From the NCBI GenBank assembly GCA_964016885.1, contig OZ024742.1:48856001-48920000 (forward strand): a stretch of 64,000 nt of DNA. The letters run 5' to 3'. Positions 26,553 to 40,868 of this stretch are shown here, one piece after another. The translations under genes and the position numbers were made by a program. The notes under the pieces were generated by a model that was not told the DNA's origin, made no database searches, and was given only the letters and a program-made list of their open reading frames with translations. How positions within the stretch are numbered: the stretch's first letter is position 1; the number at the start of each line of letters is the position of its first letter. The stretch is from Eledone cirrhosa. Taxonomy: Eukaryota.

Positions 26553-28772
26553 GCAAAAAACATACACACACATATATATATGTGTGTTTTTCTAAGGTAT
26601 CTATTTGAGAATCCTTTATATATTGAAAGCGCCTTGTTTAATTAAAAGTCAACATCATACAAATACGAAATAAATTAATATTGTTGTAGGTGTAAGACAA
26701 ACATTGATTAAAGAGTCATTTCTACTTATGAAGGGGAAATGTTGAGCTGGGAATAGGTGCCCTCATGCTTAACCCAATATTATTCGTAATTGAATTTTAA
26801 TGGCTATAGCCATGAACAGAAACAATCTTATATATCTGGTAGTGTACCACTTGAAACCACATGTTCGTGGATGGTCATTTGTATAAATCATAAACTGCCT
26901 AAAATTTACATCGGCCATAGATGTAGTGTCAAAAAATAAAAAAAAGTATTATGCGACGAAAGCTGTCTCAAAAACAAACTTCAAAAAACACACACAACCC
27001 TTCCGCATATATATATGCTTAATTAAATGTCAACAATAAAAATATGTTATTTGAAAGTTTTCTATGAAGACGATGGAGATCACATTTAAATGACATAGTT
27101 TCAATCAGAAATCTAAACAAATCGGATGCTGTAAAATGTAAAAATAAAAAAAATAAATATGTTCTCGGGTTTGACAATGGTCTATTATCTAGAGACAGGT
27201 ATCAACATTCTAAAATATCCATTCATATTTTAACAACATTTTATGACCTGTCAACAGGTAGGAGGAAGTTATCCGTGAAATATACGCTAAAATTATTGGT
27301 TTGCTTGCAGAAAGTTTATGGTGACAGTCGAACTTAAACATATGAAAGCCAAGTGATTTGACCAGGAATTGAAACTGGCTAATGAATATTCATTCTTTGA
27401 AATTTACCTCTAACTCAACAGTTGAACGTTACTTATTCACTGATTAAATCTTAAATATTGCTCCGTCACGTAAATATATTTTTCATGTATTATCCTTTAT
27501 ATGTATGAACCAAAAATTATGATTATTATAAAGTTGGCAATGTGTTTATAAAAGTTTCTTGAAAACATATACAAGCGTATTTAGACATTTTTCCTCTCTC
27601 TCTATGACAAATTTCCGTTTACAGGAATGTATTTTAGATACTGTTGCAGATATCACTATACTAAATATTATAAAGAACATGAAAATTATTTTAACAAATC
27701 AGCATGCTACATTAAGAGATGTTCAATCTAAAGAATTATGTAGGTCATATGGACTCATTAATATATTATTTTATGAAAATATATCCCTAAGAAATATATT
27801 TCGTGAATATTATGTCAGCATGTTGGCAGAAGACATGTATAATCTTATTCAAACTAATGGTATTGTGACATTCTAAATCATTGAGAGTATTGTTATTAGA
27901 ATCAGTAGAACATCTACATAGAAGGCAGGAAATATTAATAGCAAAATTATCCTGCTGTTAATTTGACTCCTCAGTAAATCCGTCATGAATAGCCTTGTGG
28001 TATGTAATGTGACTTATATATTTAACGTGGTTCATTCTTTACTGGAATCATCCAACTATGTATTTAACAAAATATTTAATGATTAGAATATTTACCAGCT
28101 AATATATATGCATTCAAATAAAAAATATATATCAGTTGAATATCAATATTAGCCATTGGTATATATGGGATACACGTTTTCAAAAGATTTATCTTTGTTT
28201 TATTCTTATTTCAGGCTTTTGCAGAGAAATATAAGCTCGCCATAACTCACCGTATTACATATGATATTCTATATGCAATTTCCAGCGAATTTTAATCATT
28301 TTACTTCATGGTGGTGTAGTTAGGAATTTCACGTCGCAACAGCGTTGCTTGGAATTTAATAATTTTAATGTTATTTATTTCCACGCCGAGGTTATAAACT
28401 GTTTTCTGAATTAGGATTAACTAATACTTTAACATAATTTGGAGAGACTAAAATTCGCCGATAAATCAGAAGAAACGTGAAACCTTTCTGCATTTGTCTC
28501 TGGTATTTACGAATAAACAATAAGCAAGACAATATCGGTAATTAAATAATATTGTGAATTCTTTCTTGCATAAGTAAATATATTTTCGTTCGTTCATCCA
28601 AAATACATGCCATTCACAATCACTGCCAATTCTATTAATTATATCTACTTATCATGTCTTTACAAAGTTGTTTACTGGCTTCAGCCAGTTGGCTTTCCTC
28701 ATGTATTCTAACGTTCATTATTGTATTGTTTTGAAGAGCATTTCTCTCGTGACACTTTACTGGGATGTAAAT

Positions 28773-28811
<39 letters not shown>

Positions 28812-28960
28812 CACTCAGACACAGACATACACATATATATATAAAGTGGATGTACTCCTAACAACTTCTAATAAAGAATCGTGTATTAATCTTTATTTCT
28901 TTATTTCCGCTTCTCTGTATTGCTATCTTTCATGTTTTCTTTTCAAATATTTCATTTTCT
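23480..28960. repeat. Old direct duplication: ~23480-25800 versus ~27470-28960
   Basis: Colinear blocks: TTTCCGTTTACAG.AATGTATTTT (~23606 / ~27612); TTTTATGAAAATATATCCCT.AGAAATATATTT (~23759 / ~27769); GCAGGAAATATTAATAGC; TGCATTTG..AAGCAAGA.AATAT..GTAATT (~24909 / ~28489); CAGCCAGTT.GCTT (~25589 / ~28682). Confidence 0.75.
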
Positions 28961-29669
28961 TCTTCGTGGATATTCTGGTAGAACGTAGAAAGTGAAACAT
29001 TATGAGAAAATAAAAGACTCCTGTTTCATTAAACTACTTTTCTAAGACATTGAAGGGTGGGATCTTGAAGAAATAAAAACGAGGGATACCATGTTATGAG
29101 ATAACAAGTTATGGGAGAGCAAGTTCTGATTGATAAAATCTAGAAGAGCAAGGTCAGAGATAGCAAGCAGATCTGTCGCAAGGCAAAGATGAGTTTAAAC
29201 AATTTGCACATACTTTAGACCCTACTTTCTATGTTATTAAGAAAAAGATGGCAACACAGGGAATGGTTATTGACATTGACGACTACGACTGTCTTAGTAA
29301 ATAGATGGTGGAAAATGAAAAAAAGCAGGGTCTACGGAAGACAAATTTGAAATTATTCAATTGTAACTCTATTCTTTTTATGTTTATTATGAAAAGAAGT
29401 TAAACAACAACATATTCGTTGGCAATTATCTTAGAATATAGACTGTCAGGTAAGTAAATATTCCATCCATGGCCAGAGATTATTGAGATCAAGATTACAA
29501 GACCATTATTTAACATAGTGCCCCATACAGGAAAGTATATCTATATCTATCTAGCTATATATATATATATAAAAAGGATCGATCGACTTTCGTCAAATCG
29601 GACCTAGGTAACAGTTTCTGTTAGTCTTTCCAGTTGTTATTATAATCTATCGGTCGCAACTCCAGGTAG

Positions 29670-29790
29670 AAGGAGCAACGTGAAATAAAGTGTCTTGCTC
29701 AAGGACATAACGCATCGCCCGGTCCAGGAATCGAACTCACAATCTCAAGATTGTGAATCCAATTCTCTAACCACTCAGCCACATGCCTTC
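29670..29790 (-). mobile_element. Second tRNA-derived SINE family (5' portion)
   Basis: Minus strand reads TGGCTGAGTGGTT (A box), GAGTTCGATTCC (B box), then TGTCCTTGAGCAAGACACTTTATTTCAC; a related fragment lies at ~38880-38950 (+). Confidence 0.75.
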
Positions 29791-29838
<48 letters not shown>

Positions 29839-30394
29839 TAATCAATTTCTAGTTATTATATATATATATATAGAGATAGATATGTGTGTGTGTGTATGTG
29901 TGTGTGTGTGTGTGTGCGCGCGTGTGCGTTTGATTTTGTCATCGATAATCAAATCTCATTATGTCACCATCAATTTAACCGACACACATATATACTAAGT
30001 TTACATATATACATATATTTACACACACAAATACACACGTGGACACAAATACACCCAAACACACACACATACACACACACACACACACACGCACATATAT
30101 ATATATATCTAAATATATATGTATATATATGATATATATATATGTCTAATGGTAATAAGATGCTTCCATAGGCGGTATGCCGGTTGAGCACTCTATGCCG
30201 GTTGAGCACTCTATGCTCCTACGGAGCAGAGTATGATAGAATAGAAAACGAAAAATCAGTGAAACAATTTATTATGTGTTACAATTCTTTGCCTGACGAA
30301 CAGCTCCCATGCATCACTGATTTTTCGTTTTCCCCTCTATATATATATACACATATATATATATATATATATATGCACACACACACACACATGC

Positions 30395-30466
<72 letters not shown>

Positions 30467-30471
<5 letters not shown>

Positions 30472-30567
30472 AACGAGTAGGACCCCTATTACCCACTCTA
30501 CTAGCCTAAGTATTGAGTACTTTGGTGCGTTATGGTCCACTTGCTTCCTTACCACATTTCCTTTGTT
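30467..30567 (+). mobile_element. Family 1 element with the hairpin centre deleted
   Basis: ATAGGAACGAGTAGGACC joined directly to CCTATTACCCACTCTACT...CCTTACCACATTTCCTT; (TA)n on both sides. Confidence 0.82.
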
Positions 30568-31049
30568 ATATATATATATATATACATATACACGTACATA
30601 CTTATACACAATGTATATTTGATTAAACATCTGTTTCTTTTTCTCTGTAAATAATTCGATTGGTAGAATTATAGATTCAACAAAAATATATAAAATGCGA
30701 AGATTTTTCAAAGAGAAGTCGTTAATGAGAACAGTCTTTTCATTAACTATTGGGGGATTGAGTATTATATATTTTTCTTTCTATTTCATTATATTAGTCT
30801 TATATAAAAATGGGCGTTCATATTACATAGTTCACATTATACAAAAATTGAGGTTATCCACACGATCATCAGCTTTTTATAATCCAAGATTCTGTTTTCT
30901 TTTCTTCTGTGAAAAAGTATTCTATGAATGCACTTCGTTCAGAAGAAAAGAAAATTCTAACAAACAACCCTTCACTAATATTTCTTATCGCAAATATATG
31001 TTTGTTTTCATGGCTGACTATTCTAGCTTATAATTGATAAATATAAAAT

Positions 31050-31199
<150 letters not shown>

Positions 31200-31801
31200 C
31201 ATATATATATACATCTCAATATATTATTCAATAGCGTGTAAAATTCCTTCATGAACACACATCCTATGTTTATACCTAACTAGAGTAGAGTTAGATAATA
31301 ATAAATAATAACAAAGGAAGGAACAGTATACAGGATAATTGTGGCCAGACAGTATAGCGTCGTTCTAATACACTGCAGTATTTAGCGTTGACCCCAAAAA
31401 TCTTTAACTACAAAGCTCTAGCAACAGAACACTCGCAAAAAGCATTAGCAACATAGTGGGCAGTAGAAATCAACAGACGTGTCTACTCCTCTTGCCACTA
31501 CATTTCAATGTGACTACATACATCGCGTATTAACCATTGTGCTTCACCTAATCCATCCGTTAAAAAACGACAAACCCCTCACGTCTTCTAAATTTTACCA
31601 TAATCACAATTACCAACATTCTCATATTTGTTGTGCAAACGTGAAATTAGAAACATACAAACTCATCATCTGTTTCTGTCGATATCTTCAGTCTGTGTGT
31701 GATGGGAGGTTAAAGGATTCGCCCCCTCTTCATTATGACAAAAATGTAAATCATAAACTCACACACACGGACACACATACAATCACGCCTCCCCCCCCCA
31801 A

Positions 31802-31848
<47 letters not shown>

Positions 31849-31858
31849 CGTGTGTGTG

Positions 31859-31923
<65 letters not shown>

Positions 31924-31943
31924 ATATATATGTGTGTGTGTGA

Positions 31944-32012
31944 GTCCCAGTTCTATCGAGTAGTAACCATAGTAAGTAAGGTACTCAATACAGTATAGAA
32001 GCCATTTCTATA
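31944..32012 (-). mobile_element. Family 2 hairpin-tail element, collapsed copy
   Basis: AACCATAGTAAGTAAGGTACTCAATACA is the reverse complement of the tail at ~47230-47260; followed by the arm sequence AGAAGCCATTTCTATA. Confidence 0.6.
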
Positions 32013-32014
32013 TG

Positions 32015-33078
32015 AAACATTTCTATCATTAAACATAATCTCCTCCGACAGAGTCAACTTGCGCAGCAATACACCGGCCCCAGTGTTCCTTCCACTTTTG
32101 GAATCTGGCCTGGATGTCGTTTCCATAACCAAGTCGAGGATCTTCTGAGATTCACTCTGTATCTCGGAAACAGTGTTAAAAGGGTAACTTTTGAACTGTA
32201 TTTTCAGCTTGAAGAAGAGATGAAAATCCGCAAGTGCTAAATCTGGTGAATAGGGTGATTTCGGAAGCGATACAATTTTGTCTTTTGGTGATAGGGCATA
32301 GCGTGCATTGTCGTCGTGAATAATGCAATCATTTATGCTCCACATATCAGGTCCTTTCGTCCTCCCTCAAACGCCTCAAACGCCGGAAAACGTGTCAGTA
32401 GAACGCTGGATTACAGGTCTGGCCTCGGGGAAAACATTCTCGATGCACAATACCGCGTATGTAAAAAAAAAGGTGCATCTTGCACTTGATTGACCTGTGG
32501 CTCTGTCATTCATTTTCATTCGTAGAAATGAAGGGCTTTTCCCTGTATCGACTGCTGCTTCATCCCAGAGTCGTACACGTAGACCCAACCCTCGTCACCT
32601 GCGTTGATACTCGATACGAAGGATGATTCATCAGCGGCGCGCTGATGGAGATCTTAACAAACTTCGATGCGATATTCTTTCTGCTGAGTGGTCAGTAGGC
32701 AGGGGACAAACTTGGCAGCGACATGATGCATGTTCAATTCATACCTTAGCATTGCATGCACGGACCCATATCACAGACCAAAAACATCAGCTATTTCGTT
32801 GATTGTCCTCCGACAGTCCTTATGCACCAGCTCATTAATTTTATCCGAATATCCGAGAGTGACGGTCGTGGCAGGTCTTCCAGGTCGATCGTCTTCTTCA
32901 AGGGACGTTCCTCTACTTTTGAAGCACATATTTCACAACTTGCGAAGCGAAAACATCGATGTCTCTCGTCACACTGACACATGAAGGTCACTTCTAGCTC
33001 TCAATACGTGCGCAGCCATCATTTATCATCCATTGGCGCGCTTCAGAACTATTCCGGAAACTTTTTTACACCACCTCG
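32015..33078 (-). mobile_element. Degraded mariner (Tc1/mariner) transposon with one TIR
   Basis: Transposase motifs IIHDDNAR and PKSPYSPDLALADFHLFFKLK, plus N-terminal LEDLPRPS. The minus-strand terminus reads TA|CGAGGTGGTGTAAAAAAGTTTCCGGAA. The second TIR was not found. Confidence 0.88.
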
Positions 33079-33129
33079 TATATATACATCTGTACCGTTG
33101 TTTTTTGTTTTTTTTCTGTTTACATTTTA

Positions 33130-33355
<226 letters not shown>

Positions 33356-33557
33356 TAGCATATAAAAACACGCGGGATAGAAGCGAACAGAAATCACGGA
33401 AGACACGAACAAAAGGACGATTTCTGTTCATCGTCTCTATTCTGTGGATCATTATTCGAATGCATTAAAACACGACAATTCACCACATTGCATCAATACC
33501 TATTCTCGGATAGCTATTCGTGAAAAACACATTGGAGGAAGGAAAAAAAACATTAAG

Positions 33558-33864
<307 letters not shown>

Positions 33865-33897
<33 letters not shown>

Positions 33898-33938
33898 TGT
33901 ATGTATATTTTGTAAGTATATTTTTTATATATATATTT

Positions 33939-34006
<68 letters not shown>

Positions 34007-34117
34007 GTATGTGTGTATATATGTATTTAGTTATTGATATATGTGTATATGTGTATATGTATATATGTGTATGTGTATGTGTGTATATATATATGTGTAT
34101 GTATATATATATGTGTG

Positions 34118-34164
<47 letters not shown>

Positions 34165-34327
34165 GTATATGTGTATATATATATATGTATATGTATAGTT
34201 GTATTTATGTGCGTGTGTATGTGTATGTATATGTATATATATGTGTGTATGTGTTTATATATATATACATATATATATATATATGTGTATATATATATAT
34301 GTATATGTGTTTGTATGTATATATATA

Positions 34328-34373
<46 letters not shown>

Positions 34374-34489
34374 AATGTGTTTATGTATATATATATATAT
34401 ATATGTAGGTATGTATGTATACATATATGTGTGCATGTGTGTGTATATATATACATATGTATATGTATGTATGTATATGTGTATGTATT

Positions 34490-34564
<75 letters not shown>

Positions 34565-34570
34565 ATATAT
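33865..34570. repeat. Long degenerate (TA)/(TG) microsatellite field
   Basis: Directly visible. Confidence 0.95.
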
Positions 34571-34819
34571 ATGGAAAAGAATGAAACGAAATTTCATTTC
34601 TCACTCTTAGTACGGCTAATATCTAAATATAAGTATGTATACGACGTACATATATATATACACACATATATATATGTTCGTATGGGTTTACAGAACATTT
34701 ATCATATATACATACTACTGTGCGTCTCTACGCATATATGTATGTACGTATACATACTTATATTTAAGTATTAGCCGTACTAAGAGTGAGAAATGAAATT
34801 TCGTTTCATTCTTTTCCAT
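34571..34819. repeat. Inverted repeat with ~75-bp arms and ~100-bp spacer
   Basis: ATGGAAAAGAATGAAACGAAATTTCATTTCTCACTCTTAGTACGGCTAATA and its reverse complement ending at 34819. Confidence 0.9.
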
Positions 34820-35281
34820 TTAGCGTTTTCGGTATGCCCGGCCGACTAACTCACTTGATATGCAAATTAGGCTGCTCAGCCGTTAATATGCATAAGGAAG
34901 GTATATACTTTCAGTGGTTCAATCATCTGACAGAAAGGTATACGATGGTGACGATAGCTAATAAGCTTGAGTCTAGTACATCGTTCCTGTGTCAGTGTTG
35001 AATAAAAGGGCGACGTTGGTTTCTGAGCACTGTACGGCGTAATTCTGGCTGTTTGTTTACAAACAAACCGAACATTATAATAAATGTTCGGTAAACCCAT
35101 ACGTACTTATATATATATATCTGTGCATGTAGGTATATATATACATACTTCTGTGCGTCTGTCCACATATATGTATGTACGTTTACATACTTATATTTAT
35201 GTATATATACAGTATATATGTATGTATGTATATATGTACATGTGTATATGTGTATGTATGTGTGTATATGTGTATATATAA

Positions 35282-35663
<382 letters not shown>

Positions 35664-36060
35664 ATGTGTGTGTGTGTGTGCGCGCGTGGGGTGGGGGTGG
35701 GGTGGGGTGTGTGTGTGTGTGTGTGTGGCGTAGGCCTAACAATAGTCAGAAACAGTTAAAACAAACATTGGAAATCAGAGAATGGAGGCGCAAGGGAGAG
35801 GAAAGCGAAAGAAAGAGATAGAGAGAGAGATTGAAAAATAACAGGTATGTCATATTGGCTTGTGGAATTGGATGAGATAAATAGATGAAAGCAACATTGT
35901 TTGCATGCTAAAATATAATTTAAACTAAAAGATAGCAAGAAGAGTTGCCAAAATTACTGTAAGGTGTTACTTCAGACAATAAAAGATCCTCCAACTTATA
36001 ATTAAGATCTCTAATATTTTAATTCTATTGCAGCTGTAGCTGTCTCTGCTTTTCGCATTG

Positions 36061-36241
36061 GGGGATTGGCAGTATCAGTAGAAGGTCGGACGCCATGATT
36101 TGCAGCATAGACTTACGCCCCTTTATAGTGTGAGTTCAAATCCCGCCGAGGTTCACTTTGCCTTTCAACCTTACGGGGTCGAGAAAATAAAGTACCAGTA
36201 CTGTGGTAATTGCTGGCCTTGTACCAATAGTAGAAACAATT
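36061..36241 (+). mobile_element. tRNA-derived SINE
   Basis: GGATTGGCAGTATCAG...GAGTTCAAATCCCGCCGAGG...GCTGGCCTTGTACCAATAGTAGAAACAATT. Confidence 0.9.
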
Positions 36242-36296
36242 ATATATATGTTTATATATATATATGTGTGTATGTGTGTGTTTATGTGTGTGTGTA

Positions 36297-36327
<31 letters not shown>

Positions 36328-36715
36328 ATGTGTGTGTGTGTGTGTGTGTTTGTGTGTCTGTATCAGTGTGTCTGTGTGTGTTTGTGTAATACAATACCGA
36401 TATATAGAAATATCGATGTTGACCAAAACCTCACGATGCAAAGGTTGCTAAATTACCAACCTGAGGAAATTCACATATATATAGTTATTGGAACAACAAT
36501 TGTGATGTCTTGCACAAAAACATATAAAACATATAAATCAGTTATAGAAAGCGCAGCCCAATATCGCCATTATTTCTAGCAATAAGCCTACCCGCCGTAA
36601 GCAACTAATCACATCCTTTGTAACTAGACCGCTGCCACGTCACGATTCTTAGCCATTTTTGAATGTATTTTTGGCGCGATCACTATGGAAAATTAAATGT
36701 CTAATTTTGAGTTCG

Positions 36716-36789
36716 CTCCTGATGAGTCCGAAGCTCTGGACATTCCCTGTTATCGGATGTCTTAAAATGCGGTCGAAACCATGGTAGAG
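36716..36789 (+). ncRNA. Minimal type I hammerhead ribozyme motif (Penelope-type)
   Basis: CTC-CTGATGA-GTCCG...CGGTC-GAAAC-CATG-GTA-GAG: 3-bp stem I, intact core, stem II with one mismatch and a ~39-nt loop, palindromic CATG stem III loop, GUA cleavage triplet. Confidence 0.7.
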
Positions 36790-37152
36790 GTAATTAGGTA
36801 TGTATGTATTTCTTCTAAGTTTGAATTTACACCTAATTGTGTTTAGTTGACTGTATATCTGGTCGATTTCTACATGCTGTTGAAATGTTGGATAAATACT
36901 CCATCGTAGCCACCGCGAAGAGGCTGCTTTCGGTTATTTGTCGGAGATTTTTTCATAGGAGCCTTTATTCTTATAGTTTGGTCTAATTGATTTTTTATAT
37001 GGTTAATTATGCTAATTGGGAGAGGAAATGGTATATACTATATCTAGTAATTCTAAAGACATGTTTTATGATATATAGCTCTGATTATTTAATTTATTAA
37101 TTCTTCATTGAGCCACAACGTGACCTGTTGCAAAACACATATATATGTCTAT

Positions 37153-37230
<78 letters not shown>

Positions 37231-37236
<6 letters not shown>

Positions 37237-38576
37237 ATACTTTTAGAGGGTCATATTGATATAATATTATTGCCAGAAATAATAACAGATCACACTCATT
37301 GTTTTGGTTGGTTTCCTTTATCGCTTCTGCATCTTTTATATCTTCATATTTAATCCATTTGGCCATCAACTTTTATCATTGACTGGCCAACGGTTAAAAA
37401 TACAGATATAAATATATATTATATATAGAGTTATAAACTCAAAATAGTCTTTTACAATTAAATAGCTCAAAGAAGGGAATATTTCTGAGCCGTGTAATAC
37501 AAATGAATATATGAGAGAGATGAACACTGATACAAGTATACATGTGTTTGCATTGCAAATGACCATGTTAGCTAGGTTTAAAAATACTAATTTAAAATAA
37601 TACGGTTTGCCGGTCTCGATTTAAAATAATAAATCTATAAAAACAAGCCTATATTGGCAATGGCCGTGATACCCGGACAAATTCTAAATTTGTTTAGCAA
37701 CAATTAAGTGAAAGTTACTATTCCTGTGCTCTTCTGCGGGTATCCCGAAATTGGTAGGTTTCACTTCAAAATATTTAAAAAGACTGAGAGAATGTGTTGT
37801 TGAACGCACATGTGTCACAATTTCTGGATACCCGCAGCACTAGTATGGGACGAGTTAGGCGCTGTGACACATGTGCGTTCAAAAACACATTCTCTCAGTC
37901 TTCTTAAGTATTTTGAAGTGAAACATACAGATTTCCGGATACCCGCAGAAGAGCAGAGGAATAGTAACTTTCACTTAATTGTTGCGAAACAAATTTACAA
38001 TTTGCCCGGGTGTCACGGCCATTGCCAATATAGGTTTGTTTTTATGATATAAATAAATATATATTGTTATACTTGGGCGGGTCATATTGTTGTAATAATA
38101 TTGCCAGAAGTAATAACAGTGTACTCAAGTACAATAATAACAAACACATATAAACACACACTAGTAAACAAAGATAGAATACAAAAACCAAAACACATAC
38201 ACTCAAACGCGAACACACACATCAAACATTATACACACACGCAAAGGCATGCGCAGAGACGGAGAAAAGAATAAATAAATAAATAAATAAATAAATAAAA
38301 AATGGCGTAGACATTACAATACAATAGAAGGGAACATAATAATAGTACCACTGATGATGTTGCAGAGGTGCAACGAAAGAACTTTGATAGACTATAAATA
38401 TTTATATCAGTATTTTTAACCGTTGGTTAATCAATGATGAACGTTGATTGCTAAATAAATTAACTATGGAGATATAAAAGATACAGAAGCGAAAAACCAA
38501 CGAAACAGTGAATGTGTTCTCTTATTATTTCTGGCAATATTATTACAACAATATGACCCTCCCCAAGTATAACAAT
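37231..38576. mobile_element. Non-autonomous TIR element(s) with TGTTATAC termini
   Basis: ATTGTTATACTT..GAGGGTCATATTG at 37231 and 38063, reverse complement ending at 38576; 37231-37410 is an inverted match to ~38410-38576; another terminus at 52090. Confidence 0.7.
37637..38045. repeat. Foldback/MITE-like inverted repeat, ~183-bp arms and ~43-bp spacer
   Basis: Arms 37637-37819 and 37863-38045 are reverse complements with scattered mismatches. Confidence 0.9.
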
Positions 38577-39087
38577 ATTTGTTTCGACACACGATTTCAT
38601 ATATATATATATATAAGTATATATATATATATATAAAATATATATATATATATATGTATGTATATATTTTTTATATATAATATATATATATATATATATG
38701 TATATATTTTTTTTATATATATATATATAAATGTGTGTGTGTGTGTTTGTGTGTTTGGTGTGTGTGTGTGTGTGGGAGTGTGTGTGTTACTGAGTATAGA
38801 CTATGTTGCTACTGTGATGATTTTGCGAGAGGTTATGTGTGTGCAAATATGACAAACGTGTTATATGAATTTATTGTTTAGGGTGTTCGATTACTGTCTT
38901 TACGCTGTGTCCTTGAGCATGACTTTATTTCACCTTGCTCCTCTGAACTCATTTGAATGTAACCTTGTTACATTCTGTACCCACTGAATCTCTTTGAGAA
39001 CTACCTTTGTTTGAAATGGTGTTATGAACGCTGACGTTATTGGTAAAGAGAATGAATTCAGAAAGAAGTGGGAGAAAATAAGCAGAG

Positions 39088-39133
<46 letters not shown>

Positions 39134-39141
39134 GCAACAGC

Positions 39142-39227
<86 letters not shown>
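39088..39227. repeat. (CAA)n trinucleotide microsatellite
   Basis: Directly visible, with two CAG interruptions. Confidence 0.97.
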
Positions 39228-39636
39228 AGAAAGTGAGAAAGAAAGTCAGACGGAAGAAGGAAATAAAAGATCAGAAAAATAAAGAACCAAGGAATGAAAT
39301 AAAGACGGTGGAAAAGATAATTATTCTAAAAGGGAAAATGATTTCCCACTTCTACCTTTTTGGTGATTGTAAATATTTTATTTTCATTATATAAATATAT
39401 TTACTATTTTGCATAATCATTTTCTCTCTCTCTATTTATATGTTTTAGTATATTGATTTTATAAATATTTTTCTTCCATTTTAATGTTAAAAATTTTCTC
39501 GTCACGATCTTCGCCTTTTAACGAATCTAATTGATCGTGAACAGACACACATCTCCCACCAACAAACACAAACACACAAACGCACACAAGTACTCACTAA
39601 CCACAACATCACGTATAATATTAATATACCTATATA

Positions 39637-39696
<60 letters not shown>

Positions 39697-40086
39697 GAGA
39701 GAGAGAGAGGGGGGGAGAGATACTCAATATATATTACTATTAACTTTGATACTATTCCAGCCGACGGCTGAGGACATGCTGAGACATCGATGATGTTGCT
39801 AAACTCTATATTGCCTCACATCTTTCGTTGGATATTGATGAAATAGGGAGGAGTGGTTGGCAACGTGGTCCTCATTTGTGTTCCTTGCTGCGCTGTAGGA
39901 ACTTATGAAATCTTTGACAACAGAATGAAAATATCTACCTCCATCCCATGGTGGTTTTTATTTTTTTATTTTTCAGACATCATAAGAGGAATCTCACTTT
40001 AATGCGTAACTTTGTACGACAGAATTTGACTTATGAGATGTCTTACCATCTTATGTAACTGAATTGCGTGAACCTTCTACTAATAC

Positions 40087-40197
<111 letters not shown>

Positions 40198-40687
40198 GTG
40201 CACTGATATTGCTGTGTAATCGTTAGAATTTTAAAGGAATTGTAGAACACGTACATCGATACAATGGAAAATGTATAATCACAATTATATATATACCCGC
40301 ATTTAAGTTTCACTCATAGGTAGGTCGTGGCTATAATCAATCTCCCTATATCATGATGATGATGGTAATGAACGCATAATGTCGATAATGACGATGACTA
40401 TGATGCTACCGTCGCAAATGACAAATCTGCACTATTGACATTAATCATCATCATCATCATCATCGTCACCACCCTCCTGATATTGGGTATAAAAATGTTG
40501 GCCAAGATAATCGTTGTCGCTTTAGTATCTTTCTTGTGATGGGCGTAGCATTATAGACGGCGTTGTAGTAGTGAAATTGCTGGTATATATTTGAGTTAAT
40601 ATCGATCTAGATTTCTAATGATCTATTTCATATTATTCAACAAAGAAATGATACCCGTAGGCAACATAATCTATTAGTAATAATAAT

Positions 40688-40868
40688 TGTTTCTACTGTT
40701 TGGCACAAGGCCAGTAATTATCCAGTACATTACTGGTACTTTATTTTATCGGCCCCATAAGGATGAAAGGCAAAGTTAACCTCGGCGGGATTTGAACTCA
40801 GAATGGCAAGGGCCGTAACTCTATACATCAAAGCATGGCGTTCGACGCTCTACCGATACTGCCAATCC
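40688..40868 (-). mobile_element. tRNA-derived SINE
   Basis: Full-length match to the 3991-4172 family; imperfect flanking repeat AGTAATAATAAT / AGTACTAATAAT. Confidence 0.9.

Noticed and set aside
29700-29790. Possible tRNA gene (A and B boxes); likewise the other SINE heads
   Set aside because: It continues into a SINE body and I could not form a proper acceptor stem; annotated as SINE.
38949-39394. Poly-Q, poly-T and poly-L ORFs
   Set aside because: Three readings of one (CAA)n tract, with no flanking domain or exon evidence.
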